This document shows, piece by piece, positions 30,550 through 44,128 of a stretch of DNA of 64,000 bases. The stretch covers positions 6,069,806-6,133,805 of the forward strand of contig NW_003526943.1 of assembly GCF_000181795.1 (NCBI RefSeq). Reading direction: 5' to 3'. The stretch's first letter is position 1. Each line of letters starts with the position of its first letter. The stretch comes from Trichinella spiralis (Eukaryota). The position numbers were made by a program, and so were the translations under genes. Under the pieces are notes generated by a model. That model was given only the letters and a program-made list of their open reading frames with translations. It was not told the DNA's origin and made no database searches.

Positions 30550-33500
30550 CGCCTACAAGACAAATTATCCCATACAATACGTGAAGCATATTATTATAAT
30601 TATAATTATAATAATTATTTTATGCTTTTATTTCTGGATTACCACAATGACATGGATTTAAAATGATCAAAAGTACGAAGAATCTCACTTTCTGCTGCTA
30701 GCAAGCCGGTTTCCTTCCTGACTGCCACGTTCAATTGGAAATTTCCTTCAAGGCAAGTTGTACATTGCCTTGGTAGAATAAATATTTCTGGGACACTAGA
30801 AAACAGAACATCCAGTCAAAAGTTACTTTCAAATGTGCAGAACTTGTTGCTGTTAGCCTGCGTTGGAGAACTCTTGACGCGTCATTTAGGTTAAAGCAAT
30901 TGTAAAACTTGTCGTATTTTATTTAAAAACAACAGAAAAGATGATGAATTAAACAAAATAAATATGCAATTGGCATCAATAAATGAAGCTTATTAATTAA
31001 TATCAATATTCAATTGTCTACTGCTGTTGAATAGCCCCTGTTATTATTGTTGCATATTTTGTTGCTATAATTAAGCAATGAAGCAAATTATTAATTGGAT
31101 ATTGAAAACAAAATACTTTTAATAATTTCATCACTGTTCTTATCAATGAAAAGAATCACTTGAAATACATTGCTACTTTTTCGTTCCTTTTCACAAGCTG
31201 TAACTTCAAAAAAACTGATGTACAAGAAGTAATTGGAAAATAAAGTTGTTCACAAATTTCATTTTTAATAAACTACATTTCTTATGTTATTTCCATTTCC
31301 TAGTTATCTATTAATATACAACATAATTTTTTCTAGAAAACAATATGCTTTTTTATCTTGAACACTTGATTTTATAATACTGAAGCATTTGTAATTTTTT
31401 TATTTATGAAAAACCATTGAAAAAAATTTTAATTAAATTCTTTATTAATTAATGAAAAGAATAATTTAAATATCTTTACGATGATGCTCAGCTAAGAAAC
31501 AGCTGTACACTTGTAAGCAACAAACAATCGGTAGACCAGTGAAGAAGATGAAGATAAGAAGAAGGTTCATTTCATTTGTGAACAATTTTTAAACTTAACT
31601 AGTACAGTTCATATCGGTATTATTTTCTTATTAAAGTGTAAAACTGAAGTTCATTAAATAAGTTTAAATTAATTGCAGCGTATTTTTTAATGACAATACT
31701 TACAATCTTCCCACTCTCCTTTAAGCTGTTAATAATAATAAAAAATACAAACCAATGTAAGAATTTCCATTTACAAAGAATATGCTTTAACGGCGTTAAT
31801 TAACTATTGTTCTGCATCATTGCAACAAGTATACAATTTAATTATGTTCCTTTTTTTATTTCTCCATGTTGTAAATGTCATCTAAAACACACGGTTGCAA
31901 ACCATAATATACACATACACACACACACACGTATATATACGGACATAAGCATATACACATTTTCAGTAATGAAAGGCGGGATTTTTTGGAAAAGGAACTA
32001 TTTTCATTGCGTTTCAAATATATTATATTCTTCTTCTCCCGTTTGCTTTGGTGGTATTTTTTGAAAAAATTTCCCTTATGATCATTTAATGAATTGATGA
32101 AATAGTTCAAAGCAGATTCAAGGATAAACCGTTGCATGCAGTAAACATTGCAAAGGTCAACGGTATTTTAATAGAGCAGAATCAAAACAATGACCTGCAT
32201 TTTCTATTCATACTGTGAGAATAAAAGTTTTAAGCCTCGCTTTGCTCAGACCGCCCGCCCGCCGAAATAAAATCCCCATTTTCGAATTGATCATCCTGTT
32301 GACGTGCCTATTTATCGGTTATTGATTTACATAGAACAAAACTACTGAGCAACAGTAAACAAATACTTCACCACCGCATAATATTGTGTACATGAAATTA
32401 TTTTTCGTGACAAAGCAAAAAACACTGTTAAATACAACTTGAAGAAGTATCGTAATTTCTAAGAGGACAATTTTCTGCTTCATTTCTGCTTTAAACTCTC
32501 ATTTATTCAGTAAAATAATTGTATATGACCATTTGAAAAGAAAAAAATATTCTTTTTGAATATTCGTTTCGCATATTCTTTTTGAAGGTTATGAATGAAA
32601 AGAATGAAAAAAATTCACAATCACAACTTACTATCATTATTAATCATATGAAAAGTCTTTCACTTCATGAATGACGTGTCTTAAGTATTTTAAAATGTAT
32701 TGAACATAACTGAAAACCCATAAGAAATAATTTCCAATCAATCAGTACCGTCGGAGAAGCAATTACTTCCCACACAACACACATCAACCAAAGCATTTTA
32801 CACTAAATTAATCAAATGATACAAATGTGATATATTTCTTTTTTTTAATTGAATTTACATTTCACATTTTAAAAAATATAAAATAAACTGAGTTGTGCAC
32901 TGAAATAAAATTTAATTGTACATTCAGCTGAAAATTCAGGTTAACTGACTCTTTGAATGCAATTTAAAGCTTAAATTAACATTTAAAGATTATTAAAAAA
33001 TATTATGAGAAACTGAATTCCTGTCTATGATTAAAAAAAATCTTCATTCCTGTGCATTTTTGACAATGAACATTATTATTATTATCATTATTACGACATA
33101 AATGTGTCATAAAATAGTGCATTCATAAAAATAGAGGTTCAAATACCAATGTGAACTAATATAGTGTACAAGGGTTTACATGCTTTTTTTATGCGATGGT
33201 TATAACTGCGTCAGCTAAATAACAAAAAATACTATATCAGATTAGAAATAAATTTTAAAAAACATCATAAATTACGTTCTGCGTGAATGTCGTTAAGAAT
33301 GACTTGATTTTAAATGACAGCTTTCTGGGTCTCTTAAGCACCATATGCTATGTGACGACATGTTTAAATTAATTGCTTTTCTTCATTTATCTTCATATTT
33401 GCTCATTGCATATCTAGTTGTGCCATAATGCAATATGATCATAATTAATTTGATAAAGATTACTTTTAATAAATCATATAAAATCAAAATAAACGATTTC

Positions 33501-35715
33501 AAAAGGAGAATATAATTTTTTTATTGACAATAAATAATGAAATACGAAATATTTCTCCTTGTTCATGTAACATGTGGAAATTTCTGAAATGTCGCATTTC
33601 ATTGAAACTCAGATGATTTTCAAAATTTCTATATCCCTCCAAATTAAATTCATTTCAATGTAATTTTGTGTTCAAAGATTTCCTAATTCATTAAAATAAT
33701 CTAATAAAAATAAAATACCGTTCAAACATTAAAAAACAGCTACATAAGGATCATTTCAACTCAAAGTACTATATGTTTCATAAATAAGAAACATTCGAAT
33801 GAAATGAATATAAGACAGTTTCATAAACAAAATTTGCATTTTAAATTGCAATACAAACCAGATGTGATAATTTACATCTTCGATTAAAGTGTACCTGTCA
33901 TTTAAGAATACTCATCTTAATTAATACTAAATTCTGAAATATTAATCGTAAAGAATGGAAAGCATAACACTTTTCATGCTATAAAATATGGATGGATCTG
34001 TGAAAAGCACTGTATTACTAACAGATGAAAATTTAAAAATTTAGTTCTTGAAAATGAAAGTAAATTAATGTATTACAACAACAATGGCGACAGCTGAATA
34101 TTCTTACTATAATAATAGCTATAATAGCTGAATAATATTCACTAATTATTTATTGAAATAATTTATTTGAAACATATTCTTAACATGATACCGAGTGGTA
34201 AACCTTGACTTTGCACAACAAAACAATCAGAAATCATGCAAATGTTCAAATAAATAAATAAATAAATAAGCATATATAAGATTTTTAAATCACTTATTTC
34301 ATAAACGTATTTTGAATGTGCTTTTACCAATTTTTCAATTTGTTCACCATAACGACAATGCTTAATAGAACTGTCAAACGATAAAACCAGAAAAGTTTAG
34401 TTGAAAATATCACATGAAGCTGCATTTATGAAAAGAATATGCAATTGAATATAATAACAATAAATTCATATTTATAAAAAGATAAATAAATATAATTCAT
34501 ACTTTTTTAATGATGCTTAACAAATATTTGCAAATAACCGTAACGTTTGGTATCGCATGCAACGGTAACGCTGAATTTTAATGAAATAAAGCTGGACAGA
34601 TTCCCAAAGTTCGGAATGCCGTAGTGTCGTTTGAAAGTTGCTTCTGGTGAAAAATTAGGTTGACCGAATGTCACTTTTCCTCCCACGCAAAGGTGCAGTC
34701 ACTCTGATAGGCAAAAATTAGAACAATATGACAAATAAATTCCTTGATACATAAAGAAACAATATCTGTAGCATTGCATAATATATTTCAAAAAAAATTC
34801 CCAATTACAATTTTGCTATATTAATTTAGAAAATGGCATTTTTAATAATTCAAAAAGATATTTGAAATTTTTCATATTATCAATGCTATTTTTTTATATA
34901 AATTAATATGGATAAAAAATCATGCAAGCTTTATCATGATAAAAAATGCAAATAGTAAAATGTTATATTCATCATTTTGTCACATATGAAAGTATTTTTA
35001 ATGAATCTTTCAACATTTTAAATTATTACAGTGATACAGATAAATCAAGAATTAATTGAAACTAATTTTTTATACGAAACAGATCGTCAAGGAACGTTAG
35101 ACTTTTTTAATTGACCATAATTTTTTGTTTTGAAATTTTTCCTATAATTTACTCAAGCAGTTCATTGAAATTCTTTATATTTTCTTAAAAATTCTAATAT
35201 TAAACTCATATGAACATGGCAAAAAATTTTTGGTTCTATAACTTTACTACTGTTTTGGACATCATTTTATGTAAAAAGACTAAGCACACATTATTCTAAC
35301 GTTTAAAATATAATTTAGTTTCTATGTTTAAAAATAATAATCAAAATTAATTCAAGGCAAACAACATATAAACAGTATACCTAAAATAAAGTATCATGGC
35401 AGAATAAAGATGAAATTTTTAAGTACAAACCGTCAAAATGTAAAAAAACAAACAAATGATCATAACTTATTAGCGTATTTTACGCTCATTTCACGTTTAT
35501 TGCAGTTACTTTCAAACACAAGCTCACGAGCAAAATATTAGTTTTGGAATGATAAATTCAAACCTCAAACATGCTCGTTCTGACATACTATTGTAATTAT
35601 TTCATAAAATTCGAAAATATGCAATTTACTGCCCATTCGCGTCAAAAAATATGATCACCGCATAATAAATTCAAATGTGCTCTACATCTTCAAACGATAT
35701 AATATTAAAAAAATA

Positions 35716-36500
35716 TTAATGTTTTTCTGGTGTTTTCCCTTCTTTCTTCATTTTTTCTAAATAAGGATCCTCGGTTTCATACCCAATACCCGGAAGCGCA
35801 TTATAATATGGATTGTGGAACCAAGTTCGAAGACCATCACCATAAGGAAGACGCTAAAATAAAATACAAACAATTCACTTCTAAATGCATGTTTTTCAAA
35901 CAGTTAATCTAATATAAATGTATGCATATGCCACCAAATTTTCAAACACTAGATTAAAAAATTTGTTCATCGTTTAACAATTATATAATTATAAAGGAAT
36001 AGATAAAATATTTTAAATAAAAAATGCAAAATAGCATGAAATCTCTCTCATTAAAACAACTTTTATGTACCGATGCACATATATCACATAAATAATTACT
36101 TTGTTTTAACTAAATATTAAATGCAAACAATAAAATAAAAATAAAACAAAAATCTGCGCCATTTTTTTAGATTTATTATTATAAGAAAATAAGAATCAAA
36201 ATATCGCACCTTCATGCTGCGGTGACCGTACAAATGATCGTATTCAATAAATTCCGGCCTAGGATGATTTTTGTGCTCAGTTTCGATTTTGTAACTCTGA
36301 TAACCAAAGTAAGCAATCAGTGGCCCCGATAAAGCTATAATTGCTTTAGAGATTTTCACTTCCAATGCTGAAATAAAAATTGAAGATAATATAACAAAGA
36401 AAAAATACAAATCACAAAGTCAACTTGGAGTATGTGGTCCCAGTGGTGACCTTCCACTATGTGCGTATTGTTTAATAATATTAGAAAGATGAGCAGCCAT
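35716..36500 (-). CDS. COX6A: Cytochrome c oxidase subunit 6A, mitochondrial (about 123 aa)
   Basis: Exons 36500-36425, 36367-36210, 35853-35716 join in frame. One TM segment, then HPRPEFIEYDHL..RSMK|RLPYGDGLRTWFHNPYYNALPGIGYE, matching the COX6A signature RPEF..Y.HL..R.K.FPWGDG..TLFHNP..N.LP.GYE. Alternative in-frame ATG at 36527. Confidence 0.9.
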
Positions 36501-37363
36501 CTGACGATTCTGACCAAATAGATTCATCTTGCAAAATGAACAAAAACAACAGCTCCGTAATATTACAGTACGTTTATCTAGAATGCAAGTTCTATTGCAC
36601 TGCAATTAATTTACAATGCTTATGAACTTTTCATATATTACAAAAAAATGATTTTTTAAATTCTTGATTAAAAAAACTATAATTATTTTGATAAAAAATA
36701 AGGTTCTGCAGTTACAACTGGAAATAAATTTACTAATTTTTTATTTTAATGTTTCATGAAGCAAGCATGTTTTATTAGATCTTTTTTTGTTATTTTATAA
36801 GATTTTTGGACAATTTTAGCCTTAAATATTATTATACTATGCCATCACATTCATTTAAAAGATTGGCAGTAAAAAACAGAATTTCTTTCATCTTGCTCCA
36901 GATTTAAAGCATTTATTTGAGTACTTGTAAGCATTAAACGTTCACTTTTTTCTGCATAATCAAAGTAATTTTTGATAATAAACTGCCCCAAAATACTTGC
37001 AAGGCAGTACAATAGTTGTTTTTGCTTTAGTTAGCACAATTCTGAAGAGAAAATTTATAACAAATGAATTTGTATTTCTTTTTTCAAATAAAATTAGCAA
37101 ACTTCAGAAATAAGCAAATACAATATAATAAAATGTAGATCCACTAATGAACCCAGATTAAAAAATTAACTGCTTCCAAGAAAGTTTCATAATGTTACGT
37201 ATAAATAAGATTATTAAAATTTGTACTCAATAGAAAAATTTTTTTTTGATAAACTTCAGCCTAATGAAGTTACTGATATGAATCAAATAACCATTAAATA
37301 AAACCTCTGAAGGATTTAGAATCTCAAAATTGAGCAAGAAAAAAAATCAAAGTTTATCGACAA

Positions 37364-40042
37364 TTACATTCCATCATATGCAGGTCCACCACCTCCTTCT
37401 GGCGTTACCCAATTTATATTTTGGGTTGGATCTTTGATGTCGCAGGTTTTGCAATGGATACAATTCTGAGCGTTGATTTGCAAACGTTTGCCATTGCCGC
37501 TTTCCACATATTCATAAACGCCTCAAAATTTTAATTATCGAAACAAACAATTTAAATAAAACTTCAAAAAATTTAAAGCAAATTTTCACCTGCCGGACAA
37601 AAACGTGATTCTGGACCGTCGTATATGGGCAAATTAACACGCTGCGGTACATCGTCATTCAACAAAGTCAAATGAGCAGGCTGATCGTGGTTGTGATTGG
37701 TTCCAGTAAGAGCTACGGAACTGAGCAAGTCGAACGTTATAACGTCGTCCGGAGTTGGGTAAATAATTTTTCGACACTCTTTTGATGGTTTCAACATTTG
37801 GCAGTCGGCAGCTAGAAAAAATTATTGCTTCAATATGAATATTAACTACAGAATGAATAAGTAAGCGAAAATTCACATTTATATGAAAACGTCCACGGTT
37901 CTAAACCACGACCAAACATGTACACCAAGCCAGAATAAAGCAGTCCACCGTATAAGCCAAGCTTGCTGCGAAAAGAGGGACGGATGTTGCGAACTGATTT
38001 CAAATCTCTCCAAATGTGAGAATTTTTCACCTTTTTCTCGTATTCTTCTAACAGAATGCCTAATAATAAAAAATTCATTCCTTATATAATTTGATAAAAT
38101 AAATTTTGTGGTTTTTCAAAAAAATACCATTCTTTTGAAATGATTTTTCTTGGAAAATTTCTTGGAAAAGAGCCTCAGCTGCTAATATTCCACTTTTCAT
38201 TGACAAATGGACGCCTTTCAGTGCAGCTGGATTTAAAAATCCCGCTGTACAACCGATCAAACATCCGCCGGGGAAGATAAATTTCGGAATACTCTTAAAC
38301 AGCACAAAATACAGAATATAAATGATAATTATAATTTAAAATAAAGTATTACAAAATAGAAAATGAAAAAGAAAAGAAAACGACCAACCTGAAAGCCACC
38401 TTCGTTCAAAGCCCTCGCTCCGTAGCCCAAACGTTTACCACCTTCCAAATGTCGACGAACTGCCGGATGAGTTTTGAATCGTTGAAGTTCCTGATATGGA
38501 TTTAAATATGTATTTTTGTAGTCCAGAGCAACGACAATTCCCAGTGAGCACAAAGGCTGTCCATTGTCGTCCAAATGATACAAAAATGTACCACCGTAAT
38601 GATCATATTTCTGATAAAAAGAGTTGCAAAATTATAACAATTCCACTAGACAAGCAAAAAATTATACCAGTGGCCAACCGATGCCGTGCTCAACATATCC
38701 AGATCTATGCTTGGATGGATCCAATGCCCACAGTTCCTTAAGCCCGATACCAAAAGTCATTACATCAGCATTTTTACGTAAATCGAATTTCTTTGATATC
38801 ATTTTGGTCAAATGGCCTCGACAGCCTTCAGCAAATATGGTAAACTTTGAGTGAAGTTCCATACCGCGTTCAAAATTTGGCTGAAATTTAGATTTTTATT
38901 AAACATAAAAAAATTTCCAAATAATTCCACTATTCTTATAGAGACAAATATCAAAATTAATTATCAAAAATGATAAAGCACTATCTTTATAACATTACAA
39001 AGAAATAATTTTGAATAAAACTTTTCTCTATAGGCAGTAATAAAATAAACAGCAAATGTGAAAAGTTACAAAAAATTATTTCTTCAATACTAATGATAAA
39101 AAAATTAAAAACATTTACTGTTATTACAAAATCTGAGCTGATCTAAGCAGACTTAATGCAAGCTTTCACCTTCGGAGACCCGTCTTTTGCTATACCAACA
39201 TCATTGGTGGCAATGCCACAGACATTTCCGCTGTCGTCATACAAAACCTATTGCTTGAAAAGAGAATAATTTAAAAACATTCACTGATCTCATTTTTACT
39301 TCAGCAGCTGCATATCCCGGATATATTTCCACGCCCAGTTCTTCAGCCATCTCGCCGAGCCAACGAACCAAATGACCAAGACGAACAATGTAATTGCCTT
39401 TATTGCTAAGCGGTATGCCTGGAAGCATTGGCATTGGGATGCGTCTGTTTTCCGTGTAAAAAACGAAACTCTCCTTTGTCACTTTTTGAAAAACAGGAGC
39501 CTTAATTATCAATAATAAATACAAATACAGTAAGCAACAAAAAAAAATCTTTTATGGAAACCTTCATCTCTTTCCAATTTGGAAACAGTTCTTCCAGAGC
39601 TGACGTTTTGATTACGGCACCAGAAAGGGTATGTGCACCTGAATGTGGAGAACGATTTGAAAACAAAGATATTCACAATTAACAGCTATTTACCAATGTA
39701 AGGACCCTTTTCCACAAGACAGACTCGAAGATCTTTTCCATTTTGCTGACAAAGCTGCTTCAATTTAATTGCCGCTGACAAACCAGCAGGCCCTCCTCCA
39801 ACAATTACAACATCACTTTCGTCAGAAATACGATTCATATCGATACCTGCAATTTATATCCAATGTTGTATTAATTTTTCTTTTTTCTTAAATTAAATTT
39901 AATAATAACAATTTCAACCTTTCCACCGACTATCCGAATCCCGTTTGACAACGCTGTAATGGGTTGTAATTGTCGCACATTTCGAAGAATACGTTGCACA
40001 AAACCGAGAAAGTGACTTACTCAAAGTTGTGATGGGATTCAT
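37364..40042 (-). CDS. ETFDH: Electron transfer flavoprotein-ubiquinone oxidoreductase, mitochondrial (let-721-like)
   Basis: [136 protein letters not shown]; multi-exon. Confidence 0.97.
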
Positions 40043-40974
40043 TTTCGTCACGCAACTAGAGTGATGAATATGATAATTTAAAACGAACAAGTTGAATTAA
40101 TTTGCAAATAATATCACATCATGCTAAAAGTTGAAATAAATAAATATAATGATATTTAAAAATTAATACGATTAACAAAAACTGCTACTGTTCATAGCTT
40201 TAAATATACATTAGTACTTCAATATTCAGCTGGAAATTAAGTTACAACAACTTTTAACTATTTAACAAGCAACTCGGAATTTTTAAATTACTAAATATAG
40301 CAATGATTTGTAATTTCTTAACTTATACAGTAATGTTAAATGAAGGACAATTTGTAAAAAATAAATACAAGCAAAATTTGAAACATTATTTTACAGTTCT
40401 GCGTAATTCAATCAATAATAAGTGTTCAAACATATACTTTCCCAAAAATTTATTTCAATAATGGAAAAATAAGCTGTTTATATTTCAATTTACAAATGTT
40501 ACATAGAAACGTTTAAATGTTTTGTCATATTCATGCATTGGAATAAAGTTAATGAACCTTTCACCCAATAAAGGACGAATAAAAATAAAATAAAATTTGT
40601 AATTTTTCATCAATAATTACATAAAAATCAACACAAATTATGAAATTGAATTTACTGTTCAACAGCTATTTGTCATTGTTTGTATCAACAAAGTTTGTAC
40701 ATATGTCACAAGAGACTGTCAAGTATAAGTTAAAAATTTAACATTATTACTCGATTGCGCGTATATTGTATTATTTTAATTTATCTTATTTTCCGATGCA
40801 ATTTGGTAATTTGTAAAATTAATAAGAAAATGAAACGACACGATGCATAATTTCATCTTCAATGAAATCATCAGCAATCAATGAAACTGCAGCTGAACTT
40901 ATAAATCAACACAACGATGTTCAGCTGTTGAATAACAAATTCACAAAAAGCTAAGTCACAAAAAATGAGAATTT

Positions 40975-43616
40975 TCAAGTCATAATGGCTGCTTGGATTT
41001 CTGAAACATGAGCGTACAAATGATTATCCACCTTTTTCTCTTCACCGTCTACAGACATGATGACGTTGCCTTCGTCGGCAGGTTGCATGCAAAATGCGAC
41101 GACAGGTATAACCTGAAATTTGTGCATGAATGACATCTCAAATAGTGTAACAATTAGACTGTATATTTCATCTCATTCCAGCTCATTTCACTTGCAAATG
41201 GATGAAAAAAGCAAGCTTTATTAAGCTTTGGAAAAATTTTTTCTCGATCAAAATTACGATTCGACAAGCGGTGAAAAACGAGAAATAAATATTTACCTTC
41301 ACAAATGGGAACGTCAAATGATCACCGGTTTTCAAGTTCCACAAAAATTTAAATACGTTCCATTTCGAAGCATCCTTGCCCAACATGTAAGTCAAATAGA
41401 TGGAATGATCGTTCAGAGAGGCGACTGGCATGAACAGTGTATTTTCAGATATGTGACTCAAATAGGAGGCGTGGACAAACAGAAATTCGTCATCGATACA
41501 ACGCCATTTGGCCATTGATTTCGGATTGAATTTGCATTTTTCACAGTGCAATGAAACAACATCTTGCTCATCAACCCTGTCGTCAAAAAGTGATTGATAC
41601 GCGTGAAATTGAAGTCGAAGCAACATTGTACAAAGTAAATATTTTTACTCGACACCATTATCATGACAATCGTCACCACCATCAACATCATCTCCATATG
41701 GCAAATAGTACAGCTTTCCTCTGCACGTTTTCGGATGCACAATTTTGAAAAGAGCTTCAACTGTAAAACGACTCCTACCAAAAATATAACGAAATCGTTC
41801 GCTTTGTAAATCTAAAATAATATCATTTATACCAAAAAAAAAATAATAATTATCACTTCTTATCCACGTTACCAATGTCTGCGATCATGCCCCAACTGAC
41901 AGACATAAATGAATAACAACTGAACAAATTTGAAGTTACATGTATCAACTTGAGTCGATGAGGAGCACCATTTACCACAGCATTCAACGCAGCATCAAAC
42001 AATTCTTTCTTATTCATCTTACTGCAAATTCAATTTAAATATTTATCATTGAAAACAATCCATTTAGAATAATAAAATTATAATTACTGGGTAGGCAAAG
42101 AAAACGCAGATGCAGCAAGTGCATTGCCAGATCCACAAGGCAAAACGGCAATTGGCAACTGCAGTGCTTCATCCCAATCACTACGTGTTATGAGGCCATT
42201 TAAAATCTCAAGTACAACTGACAACTTAATATTAATCAAATAAAATTTGTCTTATAAAATGCTCACCTCATGTATAATTCCATCACCTCCAACAATCAGC
42301 AATTTTTCGTATTTTGAAATGTTCAAGTATTTGCATTTTTTTTCAGTTTCATCATCTTTCCCTAAAATGTAATTATTATTCTAGCTTTAAATACATGACT
42401 TCAATGAATTTTAACTTTATATACTGTGAAAAATTAGAATACTTCAATTAATTTCAATAAAAACAAAATTGATTATAAAAAAATTTAATACAATGCCAAC
42501 TGGTCCAAAAAACAAAATAATAAATTGGGCTATTCAATTTCAGAAAACAAAGTAGTGGTAAATTTCAATTTACTTTTCCATATCCTTACATGATGCATTT
42601 TGCCCATTGATGCAGTTTCATTTTAAATATTTTCACAACATTTACTATAAATAATACATATCTACAACAAAATTAATTTTGTTCGATGAAATTTATTTTG
42701 TAATATCTTCATTTCAACAGTCTAAACATTTTCAAAATTTAATCGCCACTCCTTACACTTCTTCTACTTTTTCAGGTTTTCCATCAATGAAAAAATTAAT
42801 ATTCTTGGCTACAGTTGCATCTTTCCTTAAAATATAATATTGTTAAAATATTAAAAGTTTCAAATGAGAAAATTATCATAATTCACAGATTATATAGAGT
42901 AATAAATGTTTAAAATTTTTCAAATGTTTCAAACTTCAATGTTTGTATAGAAATAAATGATAGCAATATTAAAAGAATTGTTTATTACGCAGCTTGTGTG
43001 ACTTGCCCAAATCAAACTAGGATCAATAACAATCAAGTGATATAAATTCACTGTGAAATCGAGCAAATTTTCAAACGTCAAGCAAATATTTCATTCTTTC
43101 TTCAAAAATAATCCATGCAAAACTGAATAAGAATAATTTCAACTGTCACAACATTCTCATTCAAGTTTGTCGTTCGTTAAAATTTAACAGTGCTATTTTG
43201 TAGGTTTTAACAACTACAGCTTATCATTACAAAACAAGTTTTTAATTTATGCATCTGAATGAATATAAAATTAGGCCAAAATGAATTCTGATCAAATTAT
43301 GATAACAGGAATATATGATTTAAAGTAAAAAAAATATATATTTAAAATATAAATGAAAACAAAGTTTAAAACTGTATTTACATCTATTAACAGATTGGAT
43401 AAAATTGATAATAATTAACAAAATAATTTTATATTGAAAAAAATAATAAATAATAAAAAAATTCATACCTGTGATAAAAATTTCAGGTGTCATTCCAGCT
43501 TTTTCTATTACTGGGAGAACTTTGCGTTGAAAAACACTATGAGCATGGCCGGTTCCAGAAGCAGGATTGACAAAAACTGCTACGTTATGTGAATTTCTCT
43601 CAGCTGTTTCATTCAT
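40975..43616 (-). CDS. sphk-1: Sphingosine kinase (DAGKc family)
   Basis: VFVNPASGTG, IVGGDGIIHE|ILNGLITRSDW, LPCGSGNALAAS, SVSWGMIADI|DLQSERFR..G.SRF, MSVDGE: the five conserved SPHK regions; stop TGA ends at 40975. Confidence 0.9.
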
Positions 43617-44128
43617 CTCTGGGCTATCAACAACAAGCTTTAACAAGGGAAAACACAACAATTAACCATCAGTTGAGAGCAGACCAGTTTTAGACCAACT
43701 AAATCGCTACTACAACAGTTTACTGATTTTCAAGTGATCTCATTTCATTAGGCAACAATTTTGATCAGAAAATGCTTTTCATACAATATAACTGTTTTAA
43801 TTTATTCAAATATACAATTTAATTAATTATTCAAAATTAAGCTAACTGCTTCACAGATTAAGAAAAAAATTGTTAATTCAATTTCAAAATTTTTCATTAA
43901 CACGTATTTTCAGTTACGAAATAAATAGTGTCAATTAAAATGCCATTTTTAATACAAATTTATCACTTTATTTAAATTTAAAGTAAAATAATTTTCTTTT
44001 AAATATATTATTCTTAAATTACACTTGAAATAAATAATACTTACGTGTTTTTCTACGGTAAACGATAATATTTACATCAACGTTGTGGGTAAATGTAAAT
44101 TTTTTCTTTGCATGCGTTAGTTCCGAAC

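Noticed and set aside
34540..34712. GC-richer island between ptr and COX6A
   Set aside because: No ORF, stable fold, repeat ends or known RNA motif that I could identify.
41560..41650. Apparent premature stop (GVE*) in sphingosine kinase
   Set aside because: GA|GTAAAA donor and GACAG acceptor remove it in frame.
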